Positions 8,282 through 17,860 are shown, counted from the stretch's first letter. The stretch: DNA of 20,000 bases from an uncultured virus (IMG/VR IMGVR_UViG_3300037524_000956) (IMGVR_UViG_3300037524_000956); one strand, 5' to 3'. A program made the numbers and translations. Notes: a model not told the origin generated them from the letters alone.

Positions 8282-8740
8282 TTAAACTACTTGGTCTTTA
8301 ATAGAGTCATACCACGCTTGCCCCTTAGGATTCTTGTCCCGATAGTGGTGCGGGTATCTTAAAATATTGTACGAATTAGAGGTTTCAAACGTACTTCCAT
8401 CGGCGGCCTTGCGATAGCCAAATTGCCAGCTTTCCCGTTTAGCCCGCACGATAATCTCAAGGACAAAACGCGGAACAACTTGCCATTCGCCACGAAGCAT
8501 ATAATAGCTCTTGCCGTTTACGGAAATACTTACCAAACGAGTTGAATCGTTTTTGTCGTGCGAGGGTAAAATCATTACCTCAACCGGTTCAGCCATAAAA
8601 GCCAAATCATGAGCGTATGAGCTTAATGCCTCGTTTTCAACAATCTGAATAGGACTTGTAAAAGAGTCATCTTCAGGTTGTTCCATATAACCTGTTAAGA
8701 GGGGGTCAGTATTCTCGGATTTTTTAGTATATGTTGCCAT
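8282..8740 (-). CDS. Conserved phage protein of the capsid module (152 aa)
   Basis: LAFMAEPVEV...VSVNG-like SISVNG...RG....VPRFVLEII...RYP pattern, which I recall downstream of N4-gp56-type capsid genes. Confidence 0.7.
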   Translation of the reverse strand: MATYTKKSENTDPLLTGYMEQPEDDSFTSPIQIVENEALSSYAHDLAFMAEPVEVMILPSHDKNDSTRLVSISVNGKSYYMLRGEWQVVPRFVLEIIVRAKRESWQFGYRKAADGSTFETSNSYNILRYPHHYRDKNPKGQAWYDSIKDQVV

Positions 8741-8745
8741 TGTGT

Positions 8746-8770
8746 AAAAGCGGGAGGGTTACTCCCGCTT
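8746..8770 (-). terminator. Stem-loop AAGCGGGAG-TAACC-CTCCCGCTT followed by TT (T4 run including the stem base), just before the ATG at 8740
   Basis: Perfect 9-bp stem, 8748-8756 with 8762-8770. Confidence 0.55.
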
Positions 8771-8820
8771 CCTTTAAGGTTTGCGTAAATACGAAACAAT
8801 CGACCAGTTACGTATTGCCA

Positions 8821-9204
8821 TCAGCCCCACGCTTCAAAAAACGTATCGTCGTCATCGGTTTCAAGCGTCTTAACTGAAACATCAACAGTAAACCCAAGAC
8901 CGTCGCTGGTTAGTGAAATGCCCGCAGCCTCATAAGTACGAGTACCATTAGCAATCGTTAACAAAGACTTCGCATTCGCACCAGCATCCAATCCGTAAGT
9001 TGTAGTACCTGTAGCCGCACCTGGGTCAACGTAGTGAGTAGCCTCAATCTTATCAGTCAGATTAACAACACGAATAACTTGAGGTTTAAAACCCAATGTA
9101 ATCGTGAAATCCGCCGCAGTACGAACACCAGTACGGATGCCGTAAGCATAACGACGACCCTCTTGGAGCAGATCGTATTTTTCAGTATACAAGCCATTAG
9201 CCAT
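8821..9204 (-). CDS. Putative capsid decoration/minor structural protein (127 aa)
   Basis: AAGGTG RBS. ITLGFKPQVIRVVN motif and terminal FEAWG. Second gene after the MCP. Confidence 0.7.
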   Translation of the reverse strand: MANGLYTEKYDLLQEGRRYAYGIRTGVRTAADFTITLGFKPQVIRVVNLTDKIEATHYVDPGAATGTTTYGLDAGANAKSLLTIANGTRTYEAAGISLTSDGLGFTVDVSVKTLETDDDDTFFEAWG

Positions 9205-9215
9205 TTCAAATCACC

Positions 9216-9782
9216 TTATCCGTTAAGCAAGAGCTTAGTGTATTCAAGCCAGACGCTATAAATGTACGTCGCGTCTCCGTCGTTAGTACCGCCGAGGGTA
9301 AGTACGACAGACAGTCCGCCTTTAGTAAACAGCGCAGGTACACCACAGCTAAACGTCAGTTCTGAAACTGCCGCGACAATAGCAGTAGCTGCTGTTTGCT
9401 GAATATCCGAATTACCAACATCACCAGCCCCTGTTGGATAAACTTCACAATCCAGCGTAAGCTCATCATTATCGGCAGCTTTACCTACCAAAACATGAAC
9501 TTCCACAGGATAATTGGGATCCATGTTAATAGGAACTGGTACAGTAAAGCCTAATGCTTCGCCGGCAGAACAATTAACCGGAATGTTGATAACTGTTTCT
9601 TTATCAGCTAGTTGTGCATAACCAGCTACCGTAGTTGCTTGCTTAAGCAGTGCTGTGCCATCTTCTTGCGTAATGGCACCTAAAGGAACCGGAATAAAAC
9701 CCTTTTCACTTAAAAGAGCTTTAACTGCGTCGGCACCAGGGGCACTGATAAAGCGAGCCAATTCATTAAGACCACCGCTCAT
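9216..9782 (-). CDS. Putative capsid decoration/cement protein (188 aa, jelly-roll-like)
   Basis: GGAGGT RBS. Immediately after the MCP and beta-rich. Confidence 0.7.
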   Translation of the reverse strand: MSGGLNELARFISAPGADAVKALLSEKGFIPVPLGAITQEDGTALLKQATTVAGYAQLADKETVINIPVNCSAGEALGFTVPVPINMDPNYPVEVHVLVGKAADNDELTLDCEVYPTGAGDVGNSDIQQTAATAIVAAVSELTFSCGVPALFTKGGLSVVLTLGGTNDGDATYIYSVWLEYTKLLLNG

Positions 9783-9793
9783 TTATTACCTCC

Positions 9794-9830
9794 AAAAAGG
9801 CAGGACACAAGAGTTAGCATTGTGTCCTGC
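9794..9830 (-). terminator. Rho-independent terminator after the major capsid gene
   Basis: 11-bp stem GCAGGACACAA/TTGTGTCCTGC followed by CTTTTT on the - strand. Confidence 0.8.
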
Positions 9831-9846
9831 AAGTCCCCTACCACCA

Positions 9847-10923
9847 TTACGCTTCCGTTCCGACCCAGGCGATGGCCATCCAATCGTCGTTTAAGATCGC
9901 TTGTGCTTGCCAGGTCATTGCACTTACATACCCCCGCTGCCCGAGCGGATCTACCTTCGACTTATCCGACGGTGGGAAGTGATTAGCGTCAACACTATCA
10001 AACCCACGCAGCGGAACCTGCCCAAACGCATCACCACCACTATTACCACGGCCCATGATAATCAGCGGATAAACGTCAATGTTAGTGCCACCGTTGGACT
10101 TGGGAGTAAACCCAGCGACCGCCGCACCTACCAACGCCCCGACACCGGGGCGGTAAGTAAGAATAGGATTCACAATAATCCGAAAGCGACCAAGCGCACC
10201 AATTTCAAACTCAGGATCAAGCAACTGATTCGAGCCGTAATCCTGAACCTTAGTAAACCCAGGAATGTTCTCAAAGGTCTTTTCCATATCGGTATGACAG
10301 TACACCGGCCAAGAAGCATTAACCGATTGCATACCAAAATCAGGACCAGACTTTAACATCTTGTTGATGGTTGTAGCGTGCTTGCCAAGTAACGCCCGCG
10401 AAATGTTTTGGAACATAGCCTTAGTCGGCGGACCATTAACCGTACCAACTGTCGTACCCGTGCCACCGAAGAAATCATTAGTACAGGATTTTAGTTCCCC
10501 ATACACCATCATTTCCCGGCAAAGCGCGATACGAGTAGCCGCTTGATCTTCCATTTCCCGAGGGATAGTAACACCCTCTTCATGCAAGTACCGCAGCTTG
10601 TTAGAGTAACTATACAAGCAGCCAATTTCTTGCAACGTGGTGGAAGTTGTTGTCCACGCAATCGAGTCCGGCGAGGGAGTTACACCCTCTTGAATAACGT
10701 GCTTGGCGATAAAGGCAGTATCACCACCCGCAGCCATCCACTCGTTATCAACGCCGCCGTAAGGCAAAAACCGCATCCACTCAATAGTCTGCGATACGTT
10801 TTGCGGAAATGGCTCCATCGCGCCGAGCTTTGTAAGCATTTCCTTCGTTTGTGCTTTAGCAAGGATTCGCCCTTTATATTTTTCAAGGCGACCAACTTGC
10901 GTACTATAATTCATGCCAGCCAT
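9847..10923 (-). CDS. Major capsid protein, N4-gp56 family (HK97 fold)
   Basis: EGVTP, EIGALGRFRII, DVYPLII.G..AFG.V.L.G, DPLGQRGYV and ILNDDWMA are diagnostic. 358 aa, follows the scaffold gene. Confidence 0.93.
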   Translation of the reverse strand: MAGMNYSTQVGRLEKYKGRILAKAQTKEMLTKLGAMEPFPQNVSQTIEWMRFLPYGGVDNEWMAAGGDTAFIAKHVIQEGVTPSPDSIAWTTTSTTLQEIGCLYSYSNKLRYLHEEGVTIPREMEDQAATRIALCREMMVYGELKSCTNDFFGGTGTTVGTVNGPPTKAMFQNISRALLGKHATTINKMLKSGPDFGMQSVNASWPVYCHTDMEKTFENIPGFTKVQDYGSNQLLDPEFEIGALGRFRIIVNPILTYRPGVGALVGAAVAGFTPKSNGGTNIDVYPLIIMGRGNSGGDAFGQVPLRGFDSVDANHFPPSDKSKVDPLGQRGYVSAMTWQAQAILNDDWMAIAWVGTEA

Positions 10924-10925
10924 TG

Positions 10926-11705
10926 TTATCTACCCTCTGAGGCAACTTCTTCGAATGCAGCCAAGAACGCATCTTGTGAAGATTGCGCTCCAGCATCTCT
11001 AGTACGTCGAGATTGGCTTGCCGGGACTTGCCCCTGAGCCAGACGAGAAGTTTTATCACTAGCACTTTTCGTCTTTTCCTGTTTTCTACCCTGCTCCCAC
11101 GCCTCGAATTTTCTAAGCGCGTTGACGTATGGAGCTCCAAAGCTCAAAAGAGACTGTTGGGTTTGATACCCCTGTTGGGAATACCATTCGATAAAATCTT
11201 TGTGCCGCTGTCCCTCGGGCGCAAATTTCCCGTTTTGTACTGGAGGTATAATTTCCTCTAGCGCTTCGGGAGGGTAAACCGACAAAACTAACTGCTGCCC
11301 GTAAGCCTCAGTTATTTTGGATAGTGCAGGGTCGAGATAAGGCCGAAGAGCCGCTTCGTCTAAAGGTGAAGTTTGAATCGCCTCGGACAAAGCCGGGATA
11401 AGAATTTCAGCCAATTTCGGGTCGTAATCTTCTAAAACCTTTTTGAGTTTATCGGAATTAAAAGATGTTCTTGACCCTAAAGATTTCTCCAACCCAAGTA
11501 GCCGTTCCTGTAGCTGAGAAAGATTCCCATTAAACCTAGACTCCACACCACTAATATGTTCGGGGAAGTCTGATACACGTTGAAGCCTAGAATACACATC
11601 ATCTTCGGAGAGATCCCGTAAAAACGGAGTTACTTCCTCCGCCCCGGAATCGTCGGGAGTTGAGTTTACATCTTCGTATTCCAGTTCGTTGGACTGTTCA
11701 GTCAT
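10926..11705 (-). CDS. Capsid scaffolding protein
   Basis: Acidic N-terminus, coiled-coil, C-terminal DAFLAAF. Located between portal and MCP. Confidence 0.75.
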   Translation of the reverse strand: MTEQSNELEYEDVNSTPDDSGAEEVTPFLRDLSEDDVYSRLQRVSDFPEHISGVESRFNGNLSQLQERLLGLEKSLGSRTSFNSDKLKKVLEDYDPKLAEILIPALSEAIQTSPLDEAALRPYLDPALSKITEAYGQQLVLSVYPPEALEEIIPPVQNGKFAPEGQRHKDFIEWYSQQGYQTQQSLLSFGAPYVNALRKFEAWEQGRKQEKTKSASDKTSRLAQGQVPASQSRRTRDAGAQSSQDAFLAAFEEVASEGR

Positions 11706-11902
11706 TTTGTATTTTCCGTTAATTGTTGTATCAGGGTTTTTAACTCTGCGTAGTGGCCCCGGAGAGCCTCTGTAGTTGCGTGGTCAGTACCTGGTACAGC
11801 AATACGTTCTATGACGAGATTAGCACGTTCTACTAAAAATTGCAAAAAACGCATAGGGTCAATATACCAAGTACCATACACTTGCACTAACGCATCTTTC
11901 AT
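11702..11902 (-). CDS. Small head-module protein (66 aa)
   Basis: ATGA-coupled on both sides. T..LRG...ELK.L helix typical of the small gene after the portal. Confidence 0.7.
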   Translation of the reverse strand: MKDALVQVYGTWYIDPMRFLQFLVERANLVIERIAVPGTDHATTEALRGHYAELKTLIQQLTENTK

Positions 11903-14016
11903 TGTAACCCCAATGTGTTAAGCGCTGCTGCAACATCTATCTCAGGTGTCTCAGCCTTCGCCGGGGTAAGTGGTTTCGCGCCGGGAAGTTCTTCGGCACG
12001 TTTTTGCTCAACGTCCATGTCCTTTTGGGCTATCGCTGTATCCGATTTAATTTGTGCCTCAGCTTGCGCTTGCTGTAGCGACAGCCGTTTAAACTGCGCC
12101 TCGAGTGCCAATTTAAGCGTATCAACCTCTTTCCTAAGATCCGCTTTATACACTTCAGTTTGAGCTTCAATTTGTGCCGCCGTCACCTTTGGATCAGGTT
12201 GTTGCTCCGCCGCCTCCAGCCGTTGCCGTTCCTCATCAGTAAGCGCCAGGGATTCAATATCAATTTGGAACCCCTCAAGGTAAACCTGCATCCACTTCCG
12301 GGGCGAAATCCCATAAACTGGCTGAAGAACCTGTTGGGCAATTTGCAACAGGGCTTGCTGCTGTAACTCCTTCACGATAAGTGTTGTAGAGCCTAAAGGC
12401 TCTACCACCGCATCTCCTTGCGCCTCCTCCGGTCCGTATAACTGTACCCACTCGTAAAAGTTTTCCAGCAACGGTTTACAAGTTTTATCATCCCATTCCT
12501 TAACAATAAGCCGAAGATTTGTCGTGGAATTGTTCATTAACTGCTGTGACACTCCAACAGCGTCAGTAACAGCTTGTCCCTGCAATAGCAAGCTTAACCC
12601 GGTGGTGTCCTCTGCCATTTTTAACCAGTATTGAATAACTGGCATAATATCGTTTAAGTAATTAGGAAACTCTAAAAACGCCATTGCATTTTTAGCTTCC
12701 GTCATCGCGTCGATTCCTGGCAAGCCGGATTTCACCCGCCACCGCTTGTATGGCCGAAGTTTGGTGTCCTCACCGTCAATGGGTTCTATAAGGCCGTCCA
12801 TTTCCAGCACCTGTGGTCCGACAGAATACCCCATATTATCCATCAAGGCACGAACAGACGCAGTAAGCCCTCGTTGTGGAGTCTCCATTTGCTCTGGGAT
12901 TCCGATTCCCGCCCAAGAGTTATCTCTTGGCTCCCAGCAAACCAGATGATACGGGAACTTTTCAGTTTCCAGCGGAAACGGGGCGATTTTAATAATCCGA
13001 TCATTAAGCATCGTTATTACGCCAAAACCCAGCGAACGCTCCTCGTTTTTATCCTTCCACTCAATCACCCCGGTTCTGACCCAAAGGGCGTAAGGCTTTT
13101 TGGAGTCTTTTCTTTTAGCCATATTATCATCTTGCGGCCCCTCATCCAACGCCAGTTTAATAGCATCGGCGAAGTAATTGGGGTCTTTCGCCATGTCCTG
13201 CAACTGCCGCTTTGTTACCTCAGGTATTTTCTCAAAGAAGAACTTACCATTTTGAATATCAGTACCACAATCCGGGTCAGGGTAACAGTTTTCCACCTTA
13301 ATACACTCAATTTGCGGAGTGTAAAATAGCATAGTTTCTAGTTCTTTTAAAAGCATTTCCGCCGTGAATTCATCCGTACTAGCTGGGATGAACTCCAGGA
13401 TTTTTGTAGTGTCACTACTTAGCCGGCGTTCCTTCGGAAACGGGCCTTTAATCACCCCAGTGCCAACTATCCCCGATTCTACCAACTGCCGCCTTACTAC
13501 GCCGGCCCACCCAGACTCCTTAAGCCAATCTTTAATAATCGTCTCAGCGACTTGTATCGCGGCAGCGGCAGAATTCTCATCCTGTATCTTGCGAGCAATG
13601 TCTGGCAGAAAAACAGGAATTTGCTGCATAATATTTGGGTATTTTGCAAGAATCCCGAAAACCGTTTGCAAGTCACTTACAGGTGTGGCTTTTAACGCCC
13701 AGGGCATCTTTCCCGTAGGAAGCAAAATATCTGCAACCCGAGCTGTGCCAGCGTTTGTATAAGGGCGAGTGATGTTGACCAGGACGGTAGAGCGGTCGTT
13801 TTCGAGTCTTTCACGGAGGGGAGTTACTGAGGAATTTAATGTCTCACCCTTTTCATACTCGGTTGTTGTTCGGTTAAGAGCATCGACACCCTTGTATTGG
13901 TTCCGGGCGGACTGCCAAATACGGTCAAGCTCCTTTCTCCCGGAAATGGCTCGCTTGCGCTCGTCGCAAAGGGTTGCAACTAAGCACTCAAGACTTTCGT
14001 TCTCAGGCAATTCCAT
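11899..14016 (-). CDS. Portal protein (705 aa)
   Basis: GIVGTGVIKGP, NCYPDP, WAGIGIP, MAEDTTG and a long Gln-rich C-terminal barrel helix (P22/N4-like portal). Start set at ATG 14016 (AGGGGG RBS). Confidence 0.92.
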   Translation of the reverse strand: MELPENESLECLVATLCDERKRAISGRKELDRIWQSARNQYKGVDALNRTTTEYEKGETLNSSVTPLRERLENDRSTVLVNITRPYTNAGTARVADILLPTGKMPWALKATPVSDLQTVFGILAKYPNIMQQIPVFLPDIARKIQDENSAAAAIQVAETIIKDWLKESGWAGVVRRQLVESGIVGTGVIKGPFPKERRLSSDTTKILEFIPASTDEFTAEMLLKELETMLFYTPQIECIKVENCYPDPDCGTDIQNGKFFFEKIPEVTKRQLQDMAKDPNYFADAIKLALDEGPQDDNMAKRKDSKKPYALWVRTGVIEWKDKNEERSLGFGVITMLNDRIIKIAPFPLETEKFPYHLVCWEPRDNSWAGIGIPEQMETPQRGLTASVRALMDNMGYSVGPQVLEMDGLIEPIDGEDTKLRPYKRWRVKSGLPGIDAMTEAKNAMAFLEFPNYLNDIMPVIQYWLKMAEDTTGLSLLLQGQAVTDAVGVSQQLMNNSTTNLRLIVKEWDDKTCKPLLENFYEWVQLYGPEEAQGDAVVEPLGSTTLIVKELQQQALLQIAQQVLQPVYGISPRKWMQVYLEGFQIDIESLALTDEERQRLEAAEQQPDPKVTAAQIEAQTEVYKADLRKEVDTLKLALEAQFKRLSLQQAQAEAQIKSDTAIAQKDMDVEQKRAEELPGAKPLTPAKAETPEIDVAAALNTLGLQ

Positions 14017-14158
14017 AAAACCCCCTAATAAACTCCACAAAAAATCGAATAAGTTTTCCCGATAACAAAAGTATCGCGGTGCCTATATAAACTAAAGCAA
14101 CAAGCATAAACCAGTCAGCTATTACTTTATTACGACCTGTTAATCTATAACGAATCAT
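14003..14158 (-). CDS. Small single-pass membrane protein (51 aa, [51 protein letters not shown])
   Basis: Translated by hand (below the track cutoff). ATGA overlap with the 14155 stop. Fills the gap up to the portal. Confidence 0.55.
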   Translation of the reverse strand: MIRYRLTGRNKVIADWFMLVALVYIGTAILLLSGKLIRFFVEFIRGFYGIA

Positions 14159-14373
14159 GCAGCCTCCCACATTGGCTCAATCGCTTCCGGGGTAGGTCCG
14201 ATCTTGGTTATTTCCTCCTTCGCCGGCGGAGGGGTTAATTCTTTAAGCATTTCAGGCTCAAGTAACGCATATAACCTTTTAACTTCTTTCGCAAGTGTAA
14301 AGCAAATGTTTTCACCATTGCAATTTATCGGGGCACATGTTTCTGCTCTCTGTAAGGCTTCTTTAATGTTCAT
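14155..14373 (-). CDS. Hypothetical protein (72 aa)
   Basis: ATGA-coupled to the dfrB-like gene. Contains an LAKEVKRL helix. Confidence 0.65.
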   Translation of the reverse strand: MNIKEALQRAETCAPINCNGENICFTLAKEVKRLYALLEPEMLKELTPPPAKEEITKIGPTPEAIEPMWEAA

Positions 14374-14597
14374 TCAATTCTCTTTAAGGCTGTCGCCGGG
14401 TAAATTTGTACAGAACCAGTTTCAGAAGAACTCTCAACAGCGTATCCTTCGGGGGTTAAATTTGTAGAGTACCAGCCGACTATTTTACCCTGCCAGCAGG
14501 AACCCTTAATCTTTTTAACAACATCTCCGTATTTAAAAGTTGGGTGACTAATAGTAGGCCAGGGAAATAAACAGTAAGTTACTGAAAAGTCATTCAT
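14370..14597 (-). CDS. dfrB: DfrB-family (R67-type, type II) dihydrofolate reductase homologue
   Basis: [27 protein letters not shown]....[11 protein letters not shown] matches the R67 DHFR core without gaps. K32, W38 and the VQIY active-site motif are retained. About 38/56 identities against the R67 sequence as recalled from memory. Confidence 0.92.
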   Translation of the reverse strand: MNDFSVTYCLFPWPTISHPTFKYGDVVKKIKGSCWQGKIVGWYSTNLTPEGYAVESSSETGSVQIYPATALKRIE

Positions 14598-14598
14598 T

Positions 14599-16212
14599 TT
14601 AATATCCCATTACCGCGTCTAAGGGTCGCCAACCAGCCTTTGTACTCTTAAATTCCATCCCAGTATTTACTCCTTTTATCGGCCTCGCCCGCGTGGGTAC
14701 AAACGTAAGCACAAACGCATCCCAGTGATCAGGGCTTCGCGAGGCGTTTTTCTGCGACCGAGTACGGCCTAAAGCGAATCTCGCCCGGTAATCGTCTTTG
14801 GACTCAATTAATAAAAGCCCACCTTTGTACTCGAATTGAATTGCGGTAGCTTGTGCTACAAACGTAGGGTTGTCCGGGAGGGAAATTTCCAAATCTTCAA
14901 TATAATCCACCGCCTGCGAGTGCAAGTACGCCCGCAAGTTATAATTCTTCCCATCTGAAAGTTTCGCCCCGGTATGCACAGCCAACGTGATAGAGCTAAA
15001 TGGGCCGTATTTTAACTGATCAGCGGCGGAGCCACCAGGCCCGTCCCGCTCAATCGCAATGAGTTCCACTGGGCCGGTGTTTAATAGCTTTTTAACCTTG
15101 TACTCGATAATCGTAGCAAGTTGAACTCCGTCGAGTTTCCTATACGTTTCAGGTTCGATAGACAACCGACCCCGCCTCGCCCAAATTACAATCTCATCAT
15201 TACCCATTCCGGCGGCGTCTACCCCGATCCGCCAGGGAGTCGTGTCAGGTTGCTCGATAGACCCTGGCCGGCGGGAGATTGCTGCCTGGATTTTGTTGTG
15301 ATCTACTAAAGTGTTTGAAACAGACGCCGCATAATTCCGATCTACCTGGGAGGCCAGCGTAGTGGGTAACAACTCAAGCTTTTGCTTTTTATACCAGGGT
15401 TCTTCCTCAGGCTCAAGATCAAGGTTTTGCCGTTTTCTTGGATCCTCTTTCCAGTCGAATATAAAAATTTGTTCTTTAGGCAAAAACTGTCGCAGTATAT
15501 AAAACAGGTTCCCAATCCCATTCACCGTTGAGATATAAATCCGGCAGTTTGTCGTAGCCGATAGGGAAGACTCCGCCATATCTGGATGTTCTAAATGCGC
15601 GAACTCATCCACAAAGTATAAACCCGCCCGGCCACCACGCCCAATCTCATCACCGATTTCACCCTTAATCACCGAGTTGTTTAACAAATTCGGAACGGTT
15701 CCCCACTTCCGCCCCGCAGTGTGTTCAGAGTGGAGGAACTCCGCCGGAAGGTTGTCGATAAAGGCTCGTACTTTCCAAAAGATAGAATCCGGGTCGTGCT
15801 CGCCGTTATCTACAAGCTCTTTCTTACGGCTTCCAAACCCAACGACTGAGGAAGGATAAAACAGCCAAACGCAAACTGCACACGCAGCGCATAACCAGGT
15901 AAAGCCTACGTCACGAGATTTTTCCCCAAGTCCCCGACGGGAGTTAATGTAAGAATCGTATACCCAATTAACGAATTCCACTTGTCTTGGGAAGAGAATA
16001 AACGGAAAGTACTTGTCTTTCGGCTCACGAGGATCAAAAGTCATTCCCCAGTCGTTTATGAAATCCGCCCAGTGGGTTGAATAATAGTCCATTAATTTAC
16101 TTAACGCGGCGGGATTCTTTCTCAGCCGGGAAAGAGCATCCAATCGGAACTCAAAGACACTTTTGTAATCCGGATTTACCCAGTTGAATTTGGACGGATC
16201 AAACTCATTCAT
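14599..16212 (-). CDS. terL: Terminase large subunit
   Basis: ATPase motifs [22 protein letters not shown] (Walker B), STVNG. Nuclease motifs [12 protein letters not shown] and SPDHWDA. Confidence 0.95.
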   Translation of the reverse strand: MNEFDPSKFNWVNPDYKSVFEFRLDALSRLRKNPAALSKLMDYYSTHWADFINDWGMTFDPREPKDKYFPFILFPRQVEFVNWVYDSYINSRRGLGEKSRDVGFTWLCAACAVCVWLFYPSSVVGFGSRKKELVDNGEHDPDSIFWKVRAFIDNLPAEFLHSEHTAGRKWGTVPNLLNNSVIKGEIGDEIGRGGRAGLYFVDEFAHLEHPDMAESSLSATTNCRIYISTVNGIGNLFYILRQFLPKEQIFIFDWKEDPRKRQNLDLEPEEEPWYKKQKLELLPTTLASQVDRNYAASVSNTLVDHNKIQAAISRRPGSIEQPDTTPWRIGVDAAGMGNDEIVIWARRGRLSIEPETYRKLDGVQLATIIEYKVKKLLNTGPVELIAIERDGPGGSAADQLKYGPFSSITLAVHTGAKLSDGKNYNLRAYLHSQAVDYIEDLEISLPDNPTFVAQATAIQFEYKGGLLLIESKDDYRARFALGRTRSQKNASRSPDHWDAFVLTFVPTRARPIKGVNTGMEFKSTKAGWRPLDAVMGY

Positions 16213-16801
16213 CTTCCCATCCCTCTGTTATGATGGTTAAAGCCCGCCGGGTGGGGGGTTGTTGCACAGGCTTTTTAATCACCGTCGGCTCCTGCTCTTC
16301 CCCAGGGATATACCCTCGCCGCTTTAACAACCTTACGTATGTTTCGATTGGATCTTCGTTGTCAAACTCAGCATCGGAGCGAGCTGCACCGTGTACGTTC
16401 GTTTGTAATAGGATTTCCTTTCGATCATTGAAGAACTGTACCGCCGGCGCACCTACAGGCTCGTCAGGGTCGAAATCGGGGATGTTCTTAAGCATGAAAA
16501 TCGGCCCGGTGGCATTGCCATATCCAATTAACTCCTCATACCCGGAGGCAATAGCAATCATACACCTGCTTATCACGTAACGAAGTTCAGGAATACGCTG
16601 GCCGAGCCGCAAAAGTGACGTGGGGCCGGGGAGGCCGACGGAGAGTGCATACCCGGTTACTGTCGGTCGGTTGCCCGTGTCAGCGCACTCGTTGAAGTAT
16701 ATGTTGGAGCGGGCGATAAAATCCTCCACCCCCGCCGGAGGACTTACGGTGGCCGGATTGCGCTTCCATTCGGGGACGAAGGTGGCGGGGGCGGAAGACA
16801 T
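16205..16801 (-). CDS. terS: Terminase small subunit (P22 gp3-like DNA-packaging protein)
   Basis: YF......RPTVTGYALSVG and TGPIFMLKN motifs. Overlaps the terL start. Confidence 0.8.
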   Translation of the reverse strand: MSSAPATFVPEWKRNPATVSPPAGVEDFIARSNIYFNECADTGNRPTVTGYALSVGLPGPTSLLRLGQRIPELRYVISRCMIAIASGYEELIGYGNATGPIFMLKNIPDFDPDEPVGAPAVQFFNDRKEILLQTNVHGAARSDAEFDNEDPIETYVRLLKRRGYIPGEEQEPTVIKKPVQQPPTRRALTIITEGWEDE

Positions 16802-16803
16802 TT

Positions 16804-17025
16804 TTATTTAGCTTCCCACCGCTTTCCGCTCATTCCACATTTAGCGAAGAACTTACGTTTTCGTTCATCGTGACAATCCGTTCCACGTCCAGTCACCTTA
16901 GACGCTAAAGCATAAGGATCATTACCGTTCACCACCGGATGAATGCAGTGTAAGCTCCATGAACTATTTTCATCAGGTTCACTATACTTACACTCTCTAC
17001 ATAAAGCAGGAAATGGTTTATTCAT
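16804..17025 (-). CDS. Small Cys-rich (probable Zn-binding) phage protein
   Basis: CRECKY...C.HP...C..ER...CG..G..WE. AAGGA RBS. Confidence 0.75.
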   Translation of the reverse strand: MNKPFPALCRECKYSEPDENSSWSLHCIHPVVNGNDPYALASKVTGRGTDCHDERKRKFFAKCGMSGKRWEAK

Positions 17026-17189
17026 GTTATTTCCTTATTCCACCATCTAATATTACTCTTAATACTCGGCCCCATTGCCTCAATCATACGACAAAGCATT
17101 TCGGCCAAGATAAAATCTGGCATATCTATCTTATTTTCAATACTATGCTTATTGATAAGTTGTGTTAATTCTTTCTTGAAATTTTCCAT
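17022..17189 (-). CDS. Hypothetical phage protein (55 aa, MENFKKELTQLINKHSIEN..DMPDFILA)
   Basis: Start reassigned to ATG 17189 (AAGGG RBS). ATGA-coupled to the next gene. Confidence 0.7.
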   Translation of the reverse strand: MENFKKELTQLINKHSIENKIDMPDFILAEMLCRMIEAMGPSIKSNIRWWNKEIT

Positions 17190-17241
17190 TATTTTACCCT
17201 TTGTTGTCACTAAAGACCCCCGCTGGCCCGTTGGGCCAACC

Positions 17242-17769
17242 CTACACCCACAAGTGCCATATCGCCCCCGACTGCACTTTATCAAACTCATCCACAATCA
17301 AATCCCTTTTTACTTTTGAGGTAAGGTGCCTTACCACCGTGACGGGAAAGCAATCAAGCCCGAACAATTTAAGATACTCAAGGTACTTGTTAATTTGCAG
17401 GCTTGCATCCACGTAAGTTAATTTTACCTCGATTAAAACACCCCCGCCAGGTCGCTCCACAACGAAATCCGGCTGAAAGTATTTAACATCTTTCCCACAA
17501 ATATACACAAACCACTGGTGATCTAAAAGATTCCAGCCCGCCCGCGAACAGATTTTATCAAGCACCCTTCCCACTTTCTTTTCATACGTGCTGCCACGGG
17601 CTTTAGCCCCGGTTAAGGCACCTTTTAAAGCCCACGCCGGCGGAGTGGCTTGCTCCACGCGAGGGAAACTCCTCAGGGCGGCGAGCGCCGGGGCGCGGCG
17701 GGCCTCCGAAGCACTCGGCACGAATCCGGGGCGGGAGTGGCTGAGGCTGTGGGAGGGGCTGGCGTTCAT
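17242..17769 (-). CDS. PD-(D/E)XK nuclease (resolvase/restriction-like fold)
   Basis: RGSTYEKKV...QPDF...LIEVK catalytic pattern. Start uncertain: the track's TTG at 17820 coincides with a TTGACA box. Confidence 0.8.
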   Translation of the reverse strand: MNASPSHSLSHSRPGFVPSASEARRAPALAALRSFPRVEQATPPAWALKGALTGAKARGSTYEKKVGRVLDKICSRAGWNLLDHQWFVYICGKDVKYFQPDFVVERPGGGVLIEVKLTYVDASLQINKYLEYLKLFGLDCFPVTVVRHLTSKVKRDLIVDEFDKVQSGAIWHLWV

Positions 17770-17831
17770 TTTGGGGCTGTCATGTGTGGCTGTGGTAGCG
17801 GGGCGTATGGGTTGTGTCAATTCTTGTCCCG

Positions 17832-17860
17832 AGTGTACCGCGTTTTCTGGTGGTTGTCAA
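17832..17860 (-). promoter_or_regulatory. Leftward sigma70-type promoter for the packaging/structural operon
   Basis: TTGACA (17860-17855), 17 nt spacer, TACACT (17837-17832). Confidence 0.7.

Noticed and set aside
14300..14370. Integron attC site after the dfrB-like gene
   Set aside because: The downstream DNA is a coupled ORF, and I could not find an RYYYAAC...GTTRRRY palindromic structure.
17792..17820. Second leftward promoter TTGACA-17-TACCAC
   Set aside because: The -10 box lacks the conserved final T. The upstream promoter at 17860 is a better match.
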